The position numbers were made by a program, and so were the translations under genes. Below the pieces are notes generated by a model that saw only the letters and a program-made list of their open reading frames with translations, searched no databases and had not been told where the DNA came from. Shown here piece after piece: positions 62,591-64,000 of a stretch of DNA of 64,000 bases. Source of the stretch: Selaginella moellendorffii. Lineage: Eukaryota; Plantae; Lycopodiophyta. Where the stretch lies: positions 260,785 through 324,784 of the forward strand of contig NW_003314372.1 of the NCBI RefSeq assembly GCF_000143415.4, in the 5' to 3' direction. Positions within the stretch are counted from its first letter, which is position 1; every line of letters begins with the position of its first letter.

Positions 62591-64000
62591 TATTCCTTTA
62601 CTGAGTTTCTAATGTATTTTATTTCAAGGTGAACAATCCGAATCTGAATCAGAGGAGGCGTGATGGCATGTGGCCCTTTGCACTAGTATATCTTAATACC
62701 GGTCTAAGAAATAGAATGGCATGTGCTCTCAGGCCTTTTACTAAATCACCTTTGAAAGAAATGCAAGCCTCTATGTCGTAAAAAAAAGGTACTAGAGAAA
62801 TTTCTTAATAATATGAATGTTATTTAGTTTCATGAAAATACACTAAGGGTCAAATGAGTTAAATGACTTCTCCAGACTAGCAATGCCTCTTGCTACACCT
62901 TCACAATTAGATTCGTTAGAAAAAGATAACATTGAATAATATCTAAATGTTCTCACCATTAAGTTATATGTCTGGCTAATAGGAATGACATTCATCTTGG
63001 AAAGCTCACCACACGCTCAATGAACAAACAAATAGTGTGTGCGCGCATGCCATCGCTCTTCTTTAGCTTCAGATTCGGCTTGTTCACCTTGACAATGAGA
63101 TTTATTATACAACCAGATGGACTCAGTCTGGACACAAAGTCACCGCGCTAGTCACCATGCCCCAGATATGTCTAGCCCCTGGACAAAAAACATATAATTT
63201 CACGTCATTTTCAAATACTTGAAAATTTGTACCTAGTCCCATTTTACTGAATAAATCCCACTTTAACGAAATAGAGCTTCAAAGCTTGTGATCATTGTTA
63301 TGCAAGACTTGGCTATAAGCTTCTTTGAGTTTTTGGTTTCTTGAGTTTTATATTCATTGTTCCATTTGTTAGAAGTTGTTGGAGAAGGCATTTTGGGTCT
63401 TAATTTCAATGTTGAAGTTGGCTTTTGCATCTAGCAATCATTGATGATGATTAACTATCATATAGGATAGTTAATTATCTTTGTCGAAGGGTTTGCTTGA
63501 TTATTGTTGATCTGGAATGATTTTGGTGGATTTCTTCTTAGACAATAATTCTGCATATATCTTTTTGATGGGATGACTGATGATCTTTCATGATAGTTAG
63601 TTATTCTCTTTAATAGCTTATGGCTTTTCGCAATACCATATGTTCTTTGTGGTTTGCCTTGGATTGGTCTTTTGGGTTTGAGACATCAGTAGGACGTTAC
63701 TGACACTTGCTTAGGCAATTTGAGTTCCTTGGTATTGTTGACTGGGATCTATTCAGATTGGCTGGTGCAATGGTTGGCATGTCTAAGTGTTTGTTGGTCT
63801 TACCACATTCATTATGTTCTGTTGATTGTTGCTCGAGTTAGTTTTGATAAATTTGGATGTTATTTCCTTTGGGTGATACATTCGTGAACATTGTGCTTGT
63901 CAATCAATGATATTTTGTGTTCTTTGAGTTATCTTTGGTAAGTTGTTTGACATACTGTCTACAACCTTCGGTAATTAAGTTTCATCATTGAGTTTACTTG

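Larger units (their letters stand above)
43164..63279. mobile_element. Large TIR DNA transposon, Sola-like (20,116 bp; ~12.5 kb without the nested LTR element)
   Basis: TIRs AAGCTCTATTTCGTTCAAGTGGGAATT (43164-43190) and 63253-63279 match at 25/27; 4-bp TSD CAAA (43160-43163, 63280-63283); contains a DDD transposase gene and a cargo gene. Confidence 0.88.

Overview
Plant nuclear DNA. The compact genes with ~50-bp introns suggest a lycophyte such as Selaginella, which is an inference. A ~12-kb gene island (15-27.5 kb) holds methionine S-methyltransferase (MMT), an intronless CAMK/PPCK-like kinase, DDI1, NBP35 and an Mpv17/PMP22 gene. The left flank is a decayed LINE carrying a complete TRIM and three solo LTRs, followed by a ~20-copy 97-bp double-hairpin satellite. 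The right flank has a Sec7 ARF-GEF gene fragment, LINE and Ty3/gypsy remnants and a large nested element. The main finding is a 20.1-kb DNA transposon (43164-63279; 12.5 kb without a young non-coding LTR element inserted in it), bounded by 27-bp TIRs and a 4-bp CAAA TSD. It encodes a Sola-like DDD transposase and, divergently, a multi-exon gene with a ParB/Srx-like domain, a degenerate DNA amino-methyltransferase-like region and an FCP1-like HAD phosphatase domain. About 20 copies of a 22-bp palindrome (ATGGCRTGnGGCCnCAYGCCAT) are scattered through this element, including in its introns and coding sequence. The arrangement recalls a ParB/parS system carried by a eukaryotic transposon. All domain calls are by-eye motif recognition, not database hits.
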